A stretch of 64,000 nt of DNA from Phycisphaerales bacterium (GCA_965227775.1 OZ245777.1:2624001-2688000); one strand, 5' to 3'. Shown: positions 1 through 10,993, counted from the stretch's first letter. Notes: generated by a model not told the origin, from the sequence alone. Program-made: numbers and translations.

Positions 1-685
1 GCGTGAGGCGGCCGCGCTCGCTGAGCAGCTCAACGAACGAGCCCGGCGGACCGGGCAGGAGCGAGAAGTCGACACCCGGACCGAGCTTGACACACGCTCC
101 GTCGGCCAAGTCAAGGATACGTTCGATGGCGTCGGGCCCGGGCAGATACTCCTCGTACCTGTGCGTTCGCTTCGTGCCGGTGCGCCGGCTTGGATCAAGG
201 TGCACAAACGCGTGCTGCACGCGATCGAGCACCCCTTGATCTTCGACGTCCGCGACAAGCTGCTCGCAATCGGCGTTCTTCCACGCCATCCATGCCCGCA
301 CCGCACTGCGATCGACACCTGTGACCGCCAGCCCGGCGCGGCCAAGTTCGTACGCATCGGCACCGATGCCACAACACAGATCCAGCGCCTGCGTCGCGCC
401 AGCCTCGACGAACTTCGCCGCCTTGTGAGACGCGGCGAGCGCCGACGACGCCACCATCACCCCTTCTTCGTCGGCAACGAGCCGTTCGACAAGCTCGGGG
501 CGGAGCTTGTCCTTGCCCCGAGTGCGGGCTCGCGACGCCTCGACCGCAACGGCGACGAGACCCTGTGGCCAGTCCTTACGCAGGGCCGACAGTTCGACGA
601 CGCCCGGGTCGGGATCGACACAGATCAACTCCTGGGCCGGGCCGGTGTCCACGAACGCGCGCCAGTCTTCGAGGGGGAGATCCAC
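1..685 (-). CDS. Class I SAM-dependent methyltransferase (THUMP-like associated family), runs off window start
   Basis: Hand translation from GTG at 685 (MDLPLEDWRAF...) gives SAM-binding motif ALDLCCGIGAD, then LDPSRR and VKLGPG motifs; absent from the ORF track because the stop lies outside the window. Confidence 0.75.
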   Translation of the reverse strand, partial: MDLPLEDWRAFVDTGPAQELICVDPDPGVVELSALRKDWPQGLVAVAVEASRARTRGKDKLRPELVERLVADEEGVMVASSALAASHKAAKFVEAGATQALDLCCGIGADAYELGRAGLAVTGVDRSAVRAWMAWKNADCEQLVADVEDQGVLDRVQHAFVHLDPSRRTGTKRTHRYEEYLPGPDAIERILDLADGACVKLGPGVDFSLLPGPPGSFVELLSERGRLT

Positions 686-725
686 GATTCGATCATTGCT
701 CCCGGACGAGGCCAACGATTACCGC

Positions 726-1328
726 ATGACCACACGCATCCTCGTGACCGGCTTCGAGCCCTTTGGCGGCAGCAACGACAACCCTTCCATGCGGATCGTG
801 CACGCACTCGCCGACGATCCGCCCGCGGGCGTCGAGCTTGCCACCGGTGTGCTGCCGGTCACGTGGGCAGGAGCGTGGCCCGGCCTATTCGAACTCATGG
901 GGCAGCATCGGCCCCATGTAATCCTGATGTTGGGCCAGAGCGGCAAGCGTTCTTCAGTGACCATTGAGCGATTCGCGCTCAACTTCGGCCGTGGCCGCAT
1001 CGCCGACAACGACGGGGTCGATCGCCCCGATAGCGCGCTCGTCGACGGCGCTCCTCTTGCGCTGGCTTCAACGATCGACGTCGATGGAGTGGTCAATGCA
1101 GTGGCTCTCACCGGAGTCCCAGCACGCCCGAGCCATGACGCGGGCGCGTGCGTGTGCAACCTCGTGCTCTTTCATTCGCTGCTGCACGCCACGCCTGGTC
1201 AGCGAGCAGGCTTCATCCACGTGCCCATGCTGCCCGGTCAGAAGGGCACCGAGAACGGCGAACCAACGATGGATGCTGCCGACAGCGGCAGAGCCGTTCG
1301 GGCGGCGATCGAATTCCTTCGCGCGTAG
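726..1328 (+). CDS. pcp: Pyroglutamyl-peptidase I (peptidase C15)
   Basis: RILVTGFEPFGG..NPS, ERFA (catalytic E), DAGACVCN (catalytic C), GFIHVP (catalytic H). Confidence 0.93.
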   Translation: MTTRILVTGFEPFGGSNDNPSMRIVHALADDPPAGVELATGVLPVTWAGAWPGLFELMGQHRPHVILMLGQSGKRSSVTIERFALNFGRGRIADNDGVDRPDSALVDGAPLALASTIDVDGVVNAVALTGVPARPSHDAGACVCNLVLFHSLLHATPGQRAGFIHVPMLPGQKGTENGEPTMDAADSGRAVRAAIEFLRA

Positions 1329-1752
1329 AAGTGCTGCGAACTCAGAATCTGGAGTGCAATCCACTGCAACACCATCGTGAGGGCCGGTGGTTCCTGGTGC
1401 TGCGTTCTGCATCTTCCTCCGACGCGCTCCATGAACATCACCGACGGGGGACTCGACGCCCTGGTCTTCCAGCACGGATTCACTCAGGGTTGCAAGTGAC
1501 TTCACGAGTCAAGAAGCCGTGGGCGCTGCCCGAGTACTCGGATGCCCATCTCGCCTGCTCGAGCGGGCCATTCGCGTGGTACAGCGAACCGATTCGGGCA
1601 GAGAATCGGCCCCGGTATCCCAACAAACATGCAACAACGAGCATCTAAGCCCTTACCACAAAGAAGCCCTTGGCGCTCGAACCGATTTATGGTACCATGG
1701 CCGCGAGCGGCCTCATGGGGGGGCAGCGCTCCTGCACATACGGAGTCAAGAC

Positions 1753-2463
1753 ATGACGAAGCTTCCTGTTCTCATGGCCGCTGCGGCGGCATCCACAATC
1801 TGCGCCCAGACTATGGCGCAGACCGTCATCATCAGCAACCATCCGGGTAACGACGGGACGCAGTCGGCCGCCATCAACGATTTCAGCCGCACCAAGGGCC
1901 TCGGCTTCGAGATGCCGATCGGTTCCGATCAGTCGTTGGTCGCCGTCACCATGCGCTTGGACATCACCGCGGTCGACGTCATCCCGCTGGTCGAGATCTA
2001 CAGCGATGGCGGTGGGGTGCCGGGCACCATGCTGACCACCCTGGAGAATCCTGCATCTTTCAGCCTGGGCATCGACGACTACGCCTTCACACCCAGCGAG
2101 TCGTTCACCCTCGTAGGCGGCGAGACGTATTGGATCGTCGCATCGTCGGCGTTCGGAACCTATGACTGGAAGGCCAGTTCGCCCGCCGAGACGCCCACCG
2201 GTCTTGCGACACACGTCGGCGCTACGTTCGGGGCCTATCCGCCCGTGACCTCGAGCAGCATCCTGAACACCTACTTCATCGAAGCGGGTACTGCCTGCCG
2301 CGTCGATCTCGATGGCGACGGCCAGTTGACCATCTTCGACTTCCTCGCCTACCAGAACCTGTTTGATCTAGGCGACCTCACCGCCGATTTCGACGGCGAC
2401 GGCGATCTGACCATCTTCGACTTCCTGGCGTTCCAGAACGAGTTCGACGCAGGTTGCGACTAA
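1753..2463 (+). CDS. Secreted protein (choice-of-anchor-like domain) with C-terminal GC-type dockerin
   Basis: Signal peptide MTKLPVLMAAAAAS..AQ; C-terminal duplicated DLDGDGxLTIFDFLxxQN ending AGCD. Confidence 0.85.
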   Translation: MTKLPVLMAAAAASTICAQTMAQTVIISNHPGNDGTQSAAINDFSRTKGLGFEMPIGSDQSLVAVTMRLDITAVDVIPLVEIYSDGGGVPGTMLTTLENPASFSLGIDDYAFTPSESFTLVGGETYWIVASSAFGTYDWKASSPAETPTGLATHVGATFGAYPPVTSSSILNTYFIEAGTACRVDLDGDGQLTIFDFLAYQNLFDLGDLTADFDGDGDLTIFDFLAFQNEFDAGCD

Positions 2464-2616
2464 TCGGGTTTTTTCACCGACGGGCTCGTCCCTTCGGGCT
2501 CGCGACCGTCATGGGCGTCCGAAAACGCCCCTGAAACCGATCCTCGTAACGCCGCTACGGGCCTTCCTGTAGCGGTTTTTGTTGCTCCAGGGGTTCCTTT
2601 TCGAGGAGAGATCACA

Positions 2617-3315
2617 ATGCGCAGCCTCCCTATCGCCACGCTAGCGACCGTCGCCGGCATTGCGTGTACCAACGCCGCCACCGCCCAAGAGTTCGTTGAG
2701 GGCGTCAACCACGACATTCCGCGACTGACCACGTGGACCGCGACACGCGGCCACGAGCAGGCTTTCCTGTGGACCGCCCAAAACGACTTCGACATGATCC
2801 AGATGCTCTGGCACACCAGCGCAATCAACGACGGCGTGATCCGCCTGCGCGAGAACAACGGCGGCCGGCCCGGTGCCGTTCTGCGCGAGGTTACCTTCTC
2901 GACCACCAGCATGGGGTGGGGCGGCGACGCATTCGACGATCCGTATCCGGTGCTTGCGGGCGAGCAGTACTTCGTCACTTTCACCAGTCGTACGAATGAC
3001 TACCGCGACTTCGTGGCCGTCGACGATCCCAGCGCCGTGCAGATGACTTACTACTGGCAGCCCTTCGATAGCGGATCGAGTTGGAACGGCCCCTTCTCGG
3101 GCGACCCCGGCCGCCGCCCGATCATGTTTTACGAGCCCGACGCGGCCTGCTACGCGGACTTCGACGGTGACGGTGAATTGACCATCTTCGACTTCCTCGG
3201 CTTCCAGAACGCCTTTGACGCCGGAGACGCGGCGGCCGATTGCGACGGTGATGCAGAACTCACGATCTTCGACTTCCTCTGCTTCCAGAACCTGTTCGAC
3301 GTCGGCTGCGGCTGA
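2617..3315 (+). CDS. Secreted protein with C-terminal GC-type dockerin
   Basis: GGAG RBS, signal peptide, C-terminal CYADFDGDGELTIFDFLGFQN...VGCG. Confidence 0.85.
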   Translation: MRSLPIATLATVAGIACTNAATAQEFVEGVNHDIPRLTTWTATRGHEQAFLWTAQNDFDMIQMLWHTSAINDGVIRLRENNGGRPGAVLREVTFSTTSMGWGGDAFDDPYPVLAGEQYFVTFTSRTNDYRDFVAVDDPSAVQMTYYWQPFDSGSSWNGPFSGDPGRRPIMFYEPDAACYADFDGDGELTIFDFLGFQNAFDAGDAAADCDGDAELTIFDFLCFQNLFDVGCG

Positions 3316-3403
3316 TCGAGGATCTTGGCGTTGGAGTGCGGTGTCGGGCCCATGGTGCGGCCCGGGCGCCATCGCCCACTCTTGGCGGGAAAGGACGTGC
3401 GGC

Positions 3404-4348
3404 ATGACGCTCTTTGGCAGCAAGCGTGCACGGGCATACGGCGTGTTGGTCTCACTGGCGGCCCTGGTCATCGCGCTCGCGGTCGGCGCTGCGCCCGGCA
3501 CGGCGCTCGCCGACGAGATGTGGGGCGTGGACTCCAGCGGGGACGGTCTGTACCTCTGGGACAGCGACACCGCCCGCGTCAAGTACGTGATCGGCCCGCT
3601 CCACCCCGATCCGTCGCGGTTCACCACGCCGGTCTCGATCGCCGTCAGCGATCGCCGAGTCATCTACGTCCAGAACAACTCGCCGCCCAGCGACGCGGGC
3701 CTGAGCACAATCGACCCGCTCACCGGGCGCGCCACGTACATTGGCCCAGGGCTCGGTGTCGAGGGCGCCATCAGCTTCGGGCCGGGCGGGCGGCTCTACG
3801 GGTTCGATCCGCTCAAGCGCTTGTGCACCGTCAACCTCTCGACGGGCGCGATCACCCGAGTGCCCGGGGCGCCCCGGCTGCCAATCGTCTACGGAATGGA
3901 CTACGACCCCGGCACCAACCGCTTCTTCGCCATCACCTCGCCGGCGATGGGCGCCACGCCCGACCTGCTGCAGATCGATCCGGCCACCGGCATCATCGTC
4001 AGCATCCGTGACACGGCGGTCCCGATCATCGGCGTGCCCAAAGGCCTGTCCTTCAACGTCGATGGCAACTTGATCATGACCAGTTCCGTCGCCGTCGCGT
4101 ACGTGCTCGATCCGGCGACCGGACGGCTGCTCGAAGAGATCCGCGGCGCCCGGCCCGAGCCGCAGGGCGTGGGGCTCGCGTGCCGGGGCGACTTCAACAA
4201 GTCGGGCAACGTCAACTTCCTGGACTTCCTCTCGTTCCAGAACGCGTTCGACGCGGGCGACCTCGCTGCCGACCTCGACTACGACGGCGTGCTGACGGTC
4301 TTCGACTTCCTGGAATTCCAGAACGTGTTCGCCGAGGGCTGCAGGTAG
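3404..4348 (+). CDS. Secreted beta-propeller-like protein with C-terminal GC-type dockerin
   Basis: Signal peptide ending ALA; repeated IDPxTG blade motifs; dockerin tail ending EGCR. Confidence 0.8.
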   Translation: MTLFGSKRARAYGVLVSLAALVIALAVGAAPGTALADEMWGVDSSGDGLYLWDSDTARVKYVIGPLHPDPSRFTTPVSIAVSDRRVIYVQNNSPPSDAGLSTIDPLTGRATYIGPGLGVEGAISFGPGGRLYGFDPLKRLCTVNLSTGAITRVPGAPRLPIVYGMDYDPGTNRFFAITSPAMGATPDLLQIDPATGIIVSIRDTAVPIIGVPKGLSFNVDGNLIMTSSVAVAYVLDPATGRLLEEIRGARPEPQGVGLACRGDFNKSGNVNFLDFLSFQNAFDAGDLAADLDYDGVLTVFDFLEFQNVFAEGCR

Positions 4349-4485
4349 TTCGATGCCGCGCCGTCAAGTTCTGGCGAAGCGTACATCTACGAAGCAACGA
4401 CCCGCTGGAGGCAAGGCCGCCGGTGGGCCGGATCGGGCTTCAACCGCACCCGAGCAGGATCGTTTGGTTGTGCGGACCAGCCTTG

Positions 4486-5052
4486 TCAGGTCGTTCGCCG
4501 CCGACGAATGCAGCAGGCGCCCAGACCGACGAGTGCCAGTGACGCACTCGAGGGTAGGGGAATGGCGGTTGAGTCCAGGAAGTCGCTGCGATCGGGATTC
4601 CAGCCGGTTGCGGAGCCGCCTCCGACTTGAGACATCGTGGTCCCGTCCCAGATCCACCGCACGATACCAAGGCGCGCTTCGCCGTCGAAGAAGGCTTCCT
4701 CGAAGGTCACCGTATCGGTGATGGCCCCGGACATGAACAACGAGAGGTCGCCAGCCCATGGCGTGCCGGCCGGATATCCGTCGCGCTCGTAGCCGACGGT
4801 ATCCGGGGTCAAGCCGCCGCTGGAGTAGTAGCGAGTAACGAGGCCGAGCGCGGCCGGAGCGTCGTACTGCACACCCGGATCATCAAAGGGATCGCCGGAA
4901 GTCACCCGCCACGCGACGAAATCTGTGCCCGACGCATACGAGCGCACAAAGCTGCCGATCGTAAAACCAAGGTCCACCGGGTCGGCATTTGCCACCCCAA
5001 CGGTCAGGCTTCCGACCGCCACAACACACGCAACACGCAACGGCTTCTGCAT
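4486..5052 (-). CDS. Secreted protein with PEP-CTERM/VPLPA-CTERM-like sorting tail
   Basis: Signal peptide MQKPLRVACVVAVG..ANA; C-terminus IPLPSSASLALVGLGACCIRRRRTT (motif + hydrophobic stretch + Arg cluster). Confidence 0.75.
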   Translation of the reverse strand: MQKPLRVACVVAVGSLTVGVANADPVDLGFTIGSFVRSYASGTDFVAWRVTSGDPFDDPGVQYDAPAALGLVTRYYSSGGLTPDTVGYERDGYPAGTPWAGDLSLFMSGAITDTVTFEEAFFDGEARLGIVRWIWDGTTMSQVGGGSATGWNPDRSDFLDSTAIPLPSSASLALVGLGACCIRRRRTT

Positions 5053-5171
5053 CGGCTCTCCCCCAAGCCCGCGATGGGGTCCAGCCATCGGGGTCAGGTT
5101 GAGTCTACGGGCCCCAGACGCTGGACGCAAGTACGCGGTGACGATCATGCCAATCCGCGCCAACGGTGCCC

Positions 5172-6758
5172 TTACACCCGGATCGTCGTCCAAGTCCCCT
5201 GTCCGAATCGCACAGCAAAGACGATACCACGAACAAGCAGCTCACCGCACAAGGCCAGCCACATGCGCGCGAGGCTGGGCTCCCAGTCCATGAGCTCGCC
5301 TAACGGATTGGGCATCTCACCGCCACCGAGGAAGTCTGGCAACGGCAACCTCACACCGCTCGCGAGGTACGCCGCAGGCAGCCGGATGCCATAGGTTGTG
5401 ACCCAGGTCAGCCCCATGACCACACGCACGTCGCCCACGCCGCGCAGGGCCTGGCGGAACACGATGGCTAGTGCGAAGGGAACCTGGACCACGCCACAGA
5501 TCATCAGCAGCTGCGGCACAATCTCGCGGTGCTCGGGCACAGGCGTGAGGACGTTGGTGATCTCGGTCGGAAACAAGAACATCAGTAAGCCCAGCGAGCC
5601 CATGAGCAGCGACGCGAGAGCCGCGCAGATGAGCACGCCGCGGATGGCATGCCGCGGGCTGCCGGCGCCGAGGTACTGGCCCGCGAGTGTGGCCGCGGCG
5701 ATGCCCATGGCAAAGCCCGGCAGGAAGCTGATCGCCTCGATCCGGATCGCCCACATGTGCGAGCCCAACAGGCCCGCGCTCTGGCCCGGAGTCGAGGCCG
5801 CGAGCGTCTGCATGGCGTCCTTGGCGGCAAGATGCGCGACGAAGAACACGATCGCGAAGTTACCAACCCACATGCCCAGGGTCTCGAAGTAGTTGGGCAG
5901 GCCCAGCCGAACGAGCCGCCGGATGGTGTGCCAGTGGGGCCGCAGCCGGCGCACGCGGAGCTTGACACCCGAAGCGCCCGCGAAACAGAAGCCCAGAATG
6001 AGCAGCGCGCCCACCGCATCGCCCGCGACCGTGCCGATGGCGATGCCCACGATGCCCATGTCGAAGCTAAAGGGATTCTCAAGGAACGGCAAGTCGATTC
6101 CGCTGAGTGCGAAGCTCACGAGGATGTTCACGACATTGCGCGCGATCATCGCCCACAAGGGGCGCACCGAGTCGCCCGCCCCGCGGAGGCACGCGATCCC
6201 ACCGAAGAGCAGCCCTGCCAGCGGTGTCCCTGCGGCGATCACCAGCATGTAGAACCGGAAGGCCTTGGTACCCGCGTCACTGAGATCCATGAAGCCTGGA
6301 ATCCACGTCGTGCTGACCGCTACGAGACCGCCAACCGCCGACGCAAGAAACATACTCAGCAGAACACACTGGGCCATCGCCGCACCGGCCACGCCCATGC
6401 GCCCGCGACCAACCGACCGGCTGATGAGGCTGGTGGCGCCCATGCCCAGGGCCATAAACGTCAGGCCGATGAACCACATGATGTAGCTGGCCGCGCTGAT
6501 GGCATCGACCGCGTCAACGGCCGAAACGCCCAGCGATCCCAGACCATCCTCGCTCCCAACCCCGATCTGGCTGGCCAGCACCGTGTCGGTGAGACCGACG
6601 AGTGCGTTCAGAGCACTCTCGACCAGAATGGGCCAGCTGAGCACCCAGATAGCCATCGGCATGCTCAGGCCCTTCAGCCGCCCAGACCGCAGACGCCCCT
6701 GGGCATCGAGCCCCTTCGCGTCATCCGGCGGCCCGCGCAAGATGTCCACGACGCCCAT
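5172..6758 (-). CDS. MATE family efflux transporter
   Basis: LSWPI..LTDT, LRGAGDSVRP, LRGVGD motifs; about 12 hydrophobic segments; start uncertain. Confidence 0.88.
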   Translation of the reverse strand: MGVVDILRGPPDDAKGLDAQGRLRSGRLKGLSMPMAIWVLSWPILVESALNALVGLTDTVLASQIGVGSEDGLGSLGVSAVDAVDAISAASYIMWFIGLTFMALGMGATSLISRSVGRGRMGVAGAAMAQCVLLSMFLASAVGGLVAVSTTWIPGFMDLSDAGTKAFRFYMLVIAAGTPLAGLLFGGIACLRGAGDSVRPLWAMIARNVVNILVSFALSGIDLPFLENPFSFDMGIVGIAIGTVAGDAVGALLILGFCFAGASGVKLRVRRLRPHWHTIRRLVRLGLPNYFETLGMWVGNFAIVFFVAHLAAKDAMQTLAASTPGQSAGLLGSHMWAIRIEAISFLPGFAMGIAAATLAGQYLGAGSPRHAIRGVLICAALASLLMGSLGLLMFLFPTEITNVLTPVPEHREIVPQLLMICGVVQVPFALAIVFRQALRGVGDVRVVMGLTWVTTYGIRLPAAYLASGVRLPLPDFLGGGEMPNPLGELMDWEPSLARMWLALCGELLVRGIVFAVRFGQGTWTTIRV

Positions 6759-6972
6759 GGCGTTCCGCCAGTCGAGGGCACCGGCGATGCGGGCGAGCTT
6801 TTGTGAGCGTCCGTTCATGAGCGAACCCAGATGGTAGAGCCACTGCTGGCCGCACCCCAGGGCTGCAGTGATCGGGGTTCCACCCTTCTGGCATGCTCTG
6901 GAGGGCCGATTGTGAAAATCACGATATGAAACGATGTAGATTCGATGAACATGCTCGCAAAAGGGGGCCCGC

Positions 6973-8613
6973 ATGCTATGGACAGGAGCCTGGACGCTCG
7001 CGATCGCCACCACTTTGCCGATCGGGATTGGGCCCGCTAGCGGCGACGTGGAGGATCTCGCCCCCAGAGTGCCGATCCCCAAGCCCGACGTGCCACCCCA
7101 GATGTTCGCCGAAGGCTTCGATCACCGCCTCAGTGTGAAGTTCCACGATGCTGTGCGGGCGAGGTCCGAAGCCGGGAGGCTGGTGAGCCTCGCGGGCCAG
7201 GATCTTGCCCCGCTGCTGGCGGCACTCGACGATGGCCGCGATACGCCGGTCGTGTTCCGCCCGCTCATCGATCTACCTCGCGTCGACCTGGACCGGATCG
7301 AGCGAGAGGCTGCCCAGCACAGCGGCCGCGCCCAACCAGACCTGAGCGGGATGTTCTTTGTGGAGACAGCCGATCTCCATCGTGCCGCCGCAGTGCTGCA
7401 CGCGAGCAACCTGGTGGAGATCGCGTACTTCGAGCCGCTGGGCATGCCGCCGCCGGGCTCGTCCCAAGCCTCCAACGGATGCTTCGATGTTGCACCCTTC
7501 ACCGATGCGTACTGCGAGTTCCAGGTCTATCGCGGTCAGGAGTATGGCATCGGCATGGACGCGGCCTGGGCGCTGCCTGGCGGCCGCGGCCAAGGAGTGC
7601 GCGTCGCCGACTGCGAGTATGGCTACCGCGACCAACACGAGGACCTGTGCAAGGTCACGTGCGAACCAGGCGTCGAGGTCCATCCAAGCGTGTACGCGTA
7701 CGGCTGGCACGAACACGGAACGGCGGTGCTAGGTCAGATGGTCGGCGGTGACAACGGATACGGCGTAACCGGGCTGGTGCCAGATGCGCAAGCATCATTC
7801 TTCCATGAGTGGACGGTCACGGGGCGGCGCCGGGTCGAAGCCATCACCGCGGCCATCGCATCGGTCGACGCAGGTGACGTGGTGCTGTTAGAAATGCAGA
7901 TCTTCGGCGCTGGGGGCAGCTACGGACCCGCGGAACTCGACCCGATGGTCTGGATCGTGACTCGCTTGGGCGTCGACCGCGGCGTGTGCGTCGTTGCCGC
8001 AGCGGGCAACGGAAACCAAAACCTCGACTCGGATCCATATGCCGAATACATGGCCCGGGGCGACAGCGGGGCGATCATTGTCGGCGCAGGCACCGCCGAC
8101 AGACGACGCGACAAGCTTGGCTTCAGCACGTTCGGCAGCCGCGTGGATGTCCAAGCCTGGGGCGAGAGCGTGTTCACAGCTGGGTATGGCGACTTCGTTG
8201 CGGTGGGCGGAGACGCCGATCAGAGCTACACCGCGCTCTTCTCGGGAACGAGCTCTGCGTCGCCCATCGTCGCATCGGCGGTGGTGAGCCTCCAGGGGAT
8301 CTACCGGGCAGCCAACGGCGTCGCGATGGACCCGTCACAGGTCCGCCAGTTGCTCGTGGAAACAGGCAAGGCGCAGGGATCGGGAGGGCATATCGGACCC
8401 TTGCCCGACATGGCCGCGGCGGTGGGTCGACTGAGCAATCCGAGCTGCCGGGTGGACCTCGACCTGGACGGCGAGCTGACCGTGTTCGACTTCCTTTTCT
8501 TCCAGACCGCCTTCGAAACCCAGGAGACGGTCGCTGACTTCGATGGCGATGGCCTGCTGACGATCCTCGACTTCCTGGCATTCCAGAACGGGTTCGATTC
8601 GGGCTGCCCCTGA
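6973..8613 (+). CDS. S8 (subtilisin-family) serine peptidase with GC-type dockerin
   Basis: Catalytic triad motifs VADCE, HGTAV, GTSSASP; oxyanion AAAGN; dockerin tail ending SGCP. Confidence 0.9.
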   Translation: MLWTGAWTLAIATTLPIGIGPASGDVEDLAPRVPIPKPDVPPQMFAEGFDHRLSVKFHDAVRARSEAGRLVSLAGQDLAPLLAALDDGRDTPVVFRPLIDLPRVDLDRIEREAAQHSGRAQPDLSGMFFVETADLHRAAAVLHASNLVEIAYFEPLGMPPPGSSQASNGCFDVAPFTDAYCEFQVYRGQEYGIGMDAAWALPGGRGQGVRVADCEYGYRDQHEDLCKVTCEPGVEVHPSVYAYGWHEHGTAVLGQMVGGDNGYGVTGLVPDAQASFFHEWTVTGRRRVEAITAAIASVDAGDVVLLEMQIFGAGGSYGPAELDPMVWIVTRLGVDRGVCVVAAAGNGNQNLDSDPYAEYMARGDSGAIIVGAGTADRRRDKLGFSTFGSRVDVQAWGESVFTAGYGDFVAVGGDADQSYTALFSGTSSASPIVASAVVSLQGIYRAANGVAMDPSQVRQLLVETGKAQGSGGHIGPLPDMAAAVGRLSNPSCRVDLDLDGELTVFDFLFFQTAFETQETVADFDGDGLLTILDFLAFQNGFDSGCP

Positions 8614-8829
8614 TCGGGGAGGCGGCAAGAATTCGACACCAAAAATTTGGGTTTCAGGCACGAAAAGGGCTTCCATCCCGAACCCAAATCGGGTATACCT
8701 TTGACTAGAAAGGGCCGCGCGCGACCCCCAGGGGTGGGGTCGGCGACGGTTCGTGTCCAGCTGCCAAAGGCCGCAACCGGCCAAGGCAGCGGCACCTTGG
8801 CTGCTTGAAATAGCCTAAGGAGAGGTGAT

Positions 8830-9930
8830 ATGGATCGCATCGCTTCGACCGTTTCCGTTCTCGCGCTTCTCGCCGCTAGTGGCATGGCCCTCGGCCAGCA
8901 CACCGACGGGATGACGCTGTCCGAGGAAGCCGCCCCGTCCGATCGCGCCGGCTGGCTGGCCCTCGGCGACGCCCTGTTCACGCCCGAGAACGTCAGCGTT
9001 CTGACCGGCGACACGGGCAACCTGGGCATCGAGTTTGCTTGGGGCTACTACTGGCTCACCCACAACGGCGACTTCGCCACCGGCACGCAGGTGCTCGTCC
9101 AGTTCGACACCAACTTCAACGTCGTGGAGACCTATCTCCAGCTGACCAACTCGCCCTCGTGGGGCCAGCGTGACGGTGCCTCGATCGAGAGCGAGAACCG
9201 ACTGTTCTTCGGTGCCGAGGGCGGCGAGCTCTGCGAGTACGTCTTCGATCCGGGCACCCAGCGCCTGGACCTTGGTGCCTCGACGCTCGGCGTCTCGGGC
9301 GCGCTGACCACCGTTCGCGCTCTGGCGTACGACCCGACTCGCGAGCAGTTCTACACCAAGGACTTCAGCCAGAACATCAACATTCTCGACCGTGACGGCT
9401 TCCTGGTCGACCTGGTCGCCGCCGACGTGTCCGCTTATGGCGCCGCGTACGACGCGATCAACGACACCGTCTGGTTCTACGGCTACATCGACGTGGGCGC
9501 CGGCACGACCATCCCCAACACCCGCGCGGTCGAGTGGGACCCGGATTCCGGCGTGCTGACCGGTCGCGAGTTCGACGCGGTTGGCTCCTCGCCGTCCGCC
9601 ACGCTCGTGTACAGCCTCCCCGGTGGTTTTGACATCCACACCGAGGGCGACTGCACCTACGCCATCGCCATGAACCAGGGTGGCGAGGACACCGGCGCTG
9701 CTGACCCGACTGACATCGACTTCGTCAGCTTCTGGGAAATCGCCGGCGATTGCTCCGGTGGCGGTTGCCGCGTCGACCTCGATGGCGACGGCGAGCTGAC
9801 CCTGTTCGACTTCCTCACCTTCAGCAACCTCTTCGACAGTGGTGATCCCGCCGCCGACTTCGATGGCGACGGCAGCCTGACGCTGTTCGACTTCCTCACC
9901 TTCTCGAACGAGTTCGACGCCGGCTGCTGA
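8830..9930 (+). CDS. Secreted beta-propeller-like protein with GC-type dockerin
   Basis: AAGGAG RBS, signal peptide, LAYDP/AAYDA repeats, dockerin tail ending AGC. Confidence 0.82.
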   Translation: MDRIASTVSVLALLAASGMALGQHTDGMTLSEEAAPSDRAGWLALGDALFTPENVSVLTGDTGNLGIEFAWGYYWLTHNGDFATGTQVLVQFDTNFNVVETYLQLTNSPSWGQRDGASIESENRLFFGAEGGELCEYVFDPGTQRLDLGASTLGVSGALTTVRALAYDPTREQFYTKDFSQNINILDRDGFLVDLVAADVSAYGAAYDAINDTVWFYGYIDVGAGTTIPNTRAVEWDPDSGVLTGREFDAVGSSPSATLVYSLPGGFDIHTEGDCTYAIAMNQGGEDTGAADPTDIDFVSFWEIAGDCSGGGCRVDLDGDGELTLFDFLTFSNLFDSGDPAADFDGDGSLTLFDFLTFSNEFDAGC

Positions 9931-9966
9931 TCGACCTTCCGTCGGTCAACATCCAGTAACACAAGC

Positions 9967-10008
9967 CACGGCCCCGGATCGCTACCAGATTCGGGGCCGT
10001 GTTGTATT
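9967..10008 (+). terminator. Probable intrinsic terminator
   Basis: CACGGCCCCGGATC-loop-GATTCGGGGCCGTG followed by TTGTATT. Confidence 0.55.
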
Positions 10009-10183
10009 CGTGGTCGGGCCATGCGTTTCAGCATCTTGCTCCGAGCTCCGATTCATCGCAAGATGTGCAACACTCGCGCGCTCTCCGACTAATGACAGAG
10101 TGTCCGTGTTGCTACGGCCTCAGTAGCGCGTCCGGGGAGGGACGAGGGAGGCCTTCCTTTTATCCCCAGAGGGAGGATTTGGT

Positions 10184-10993
10184 ATGTATAGCAAGCTTGC
10201 AGTCCCCGCAGCGTTCACGCTGCTCGTTGCCGGTACGGCCCAGGCAGACCCCGTGCGTCTGTCGCACAGCCTCGAAGAGTTCCTTGTGACCGGCGGAACG
10301 GCCATCGCGTGCGCTTCGACCGGCACCCCCCAGACCAGCAGCGACAATCAGTTTTGGCGCGCATTCACGCTGAGCGATTTCGGCATCAGCGAGGCCGTTA
10401 CGATTGAGAATGTCGAGATCGGTATCGAGAACCTCGCGCTGCCCACGCTCATCGAAGCCGACATCACCATTAATCTCTATCAGGCTCCGGCGGGCTCTGC
10501 TCCTGCTTTCGGCCTGCAACTCATCGGCACCACTGTTGAGACGCTCACCGACCGTGCTCTCGAGGTCGTCACTGTGGACGTCTCCGGCGTGGTCAGCGCA
10601 GACAGCGCCCTCGTCGTCGAGGTCAACGTGCCAAACTTCCAGGACCTGTCCGGTGGCCTCACCGGCGATGTCTACTTCCCGGGAGCCAACTCTTTCGGCG
10701 AGACTGACGCGAGCTACATCAGCTCCACCGGGTGCAGCACTCCGAGCCCGACCGCCTACGGCGACATCGGGTTCCCCGAGGTCAACCTCATCATCATCGC
10801 TAACGGCGAGACCGGCGGCGTTGTCTGCCGTGTCGATCTCGATGGCGACGGTGAACTGACGCTGTTCGACTTCCTGACGTTCTCGAACCTGTTCGACGCC
10901 GGCGACCTGGTTGCCGACTTCGATGGTGACGGTTCGCTGACGCTGTTCGACTTCCTTACGTTCACCAACGAGTTCGACGCAGGCTGCCCGTAA
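10184..10993 (+). CDS. Secreted protein with GC-type dockerin
   Basis: GGAGG RBS, signal peptide ending AQA, dockerin tail ending AGCP. Confidence 0.85.
   Translation: MYSKLAVPAAFTLLVAGTAQADPVRLSHSLEEFLVTGGTAIACASTGTPQTSSDNQFWRAFTLSDFGISEAVTIENVEIGIENLALPTLIEADITINLYQAPAGSAPAFGLQLIGTTVETLTDRALEVVTVDVSGVVSADSALVVEVNVPNFQDLSGGLTGDVYFPGANSFGETDASYISSTGCSTPSPTAYGDIGFPEVNLIIIANGETGGVVCRVDLDGDGELTLFDFLTFSNLFDAGDLVADFDGDGSLTLFDFLTFTNEFDAGCP

Noticed and set aside
161..967. 268-aa plus-strand ORF
   Set aside because: Shadow of the minus-strand methyltransferase, which has clear motifs
1329..1750. Gene or ncRNA in the pcp downstream gap
   Set aside because: No ORF with recognisable motifs and no convincing RNA structure
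8790..8805. Sigma54 promoter before the 8830 gene
   Set aside because: GG-N10-GC spacing fits but both boxes deviate from consensus and the site overlaps a CCAAGG/CCTTGG inverted repeat; too weak to call
2293..10993. Dockerin-coding repeats as a diversity-generating retroelement or mobile repeat
   Set aside because: Differences are largely synonymous and not adenine-specific; no reverse transcriptase or transposase present
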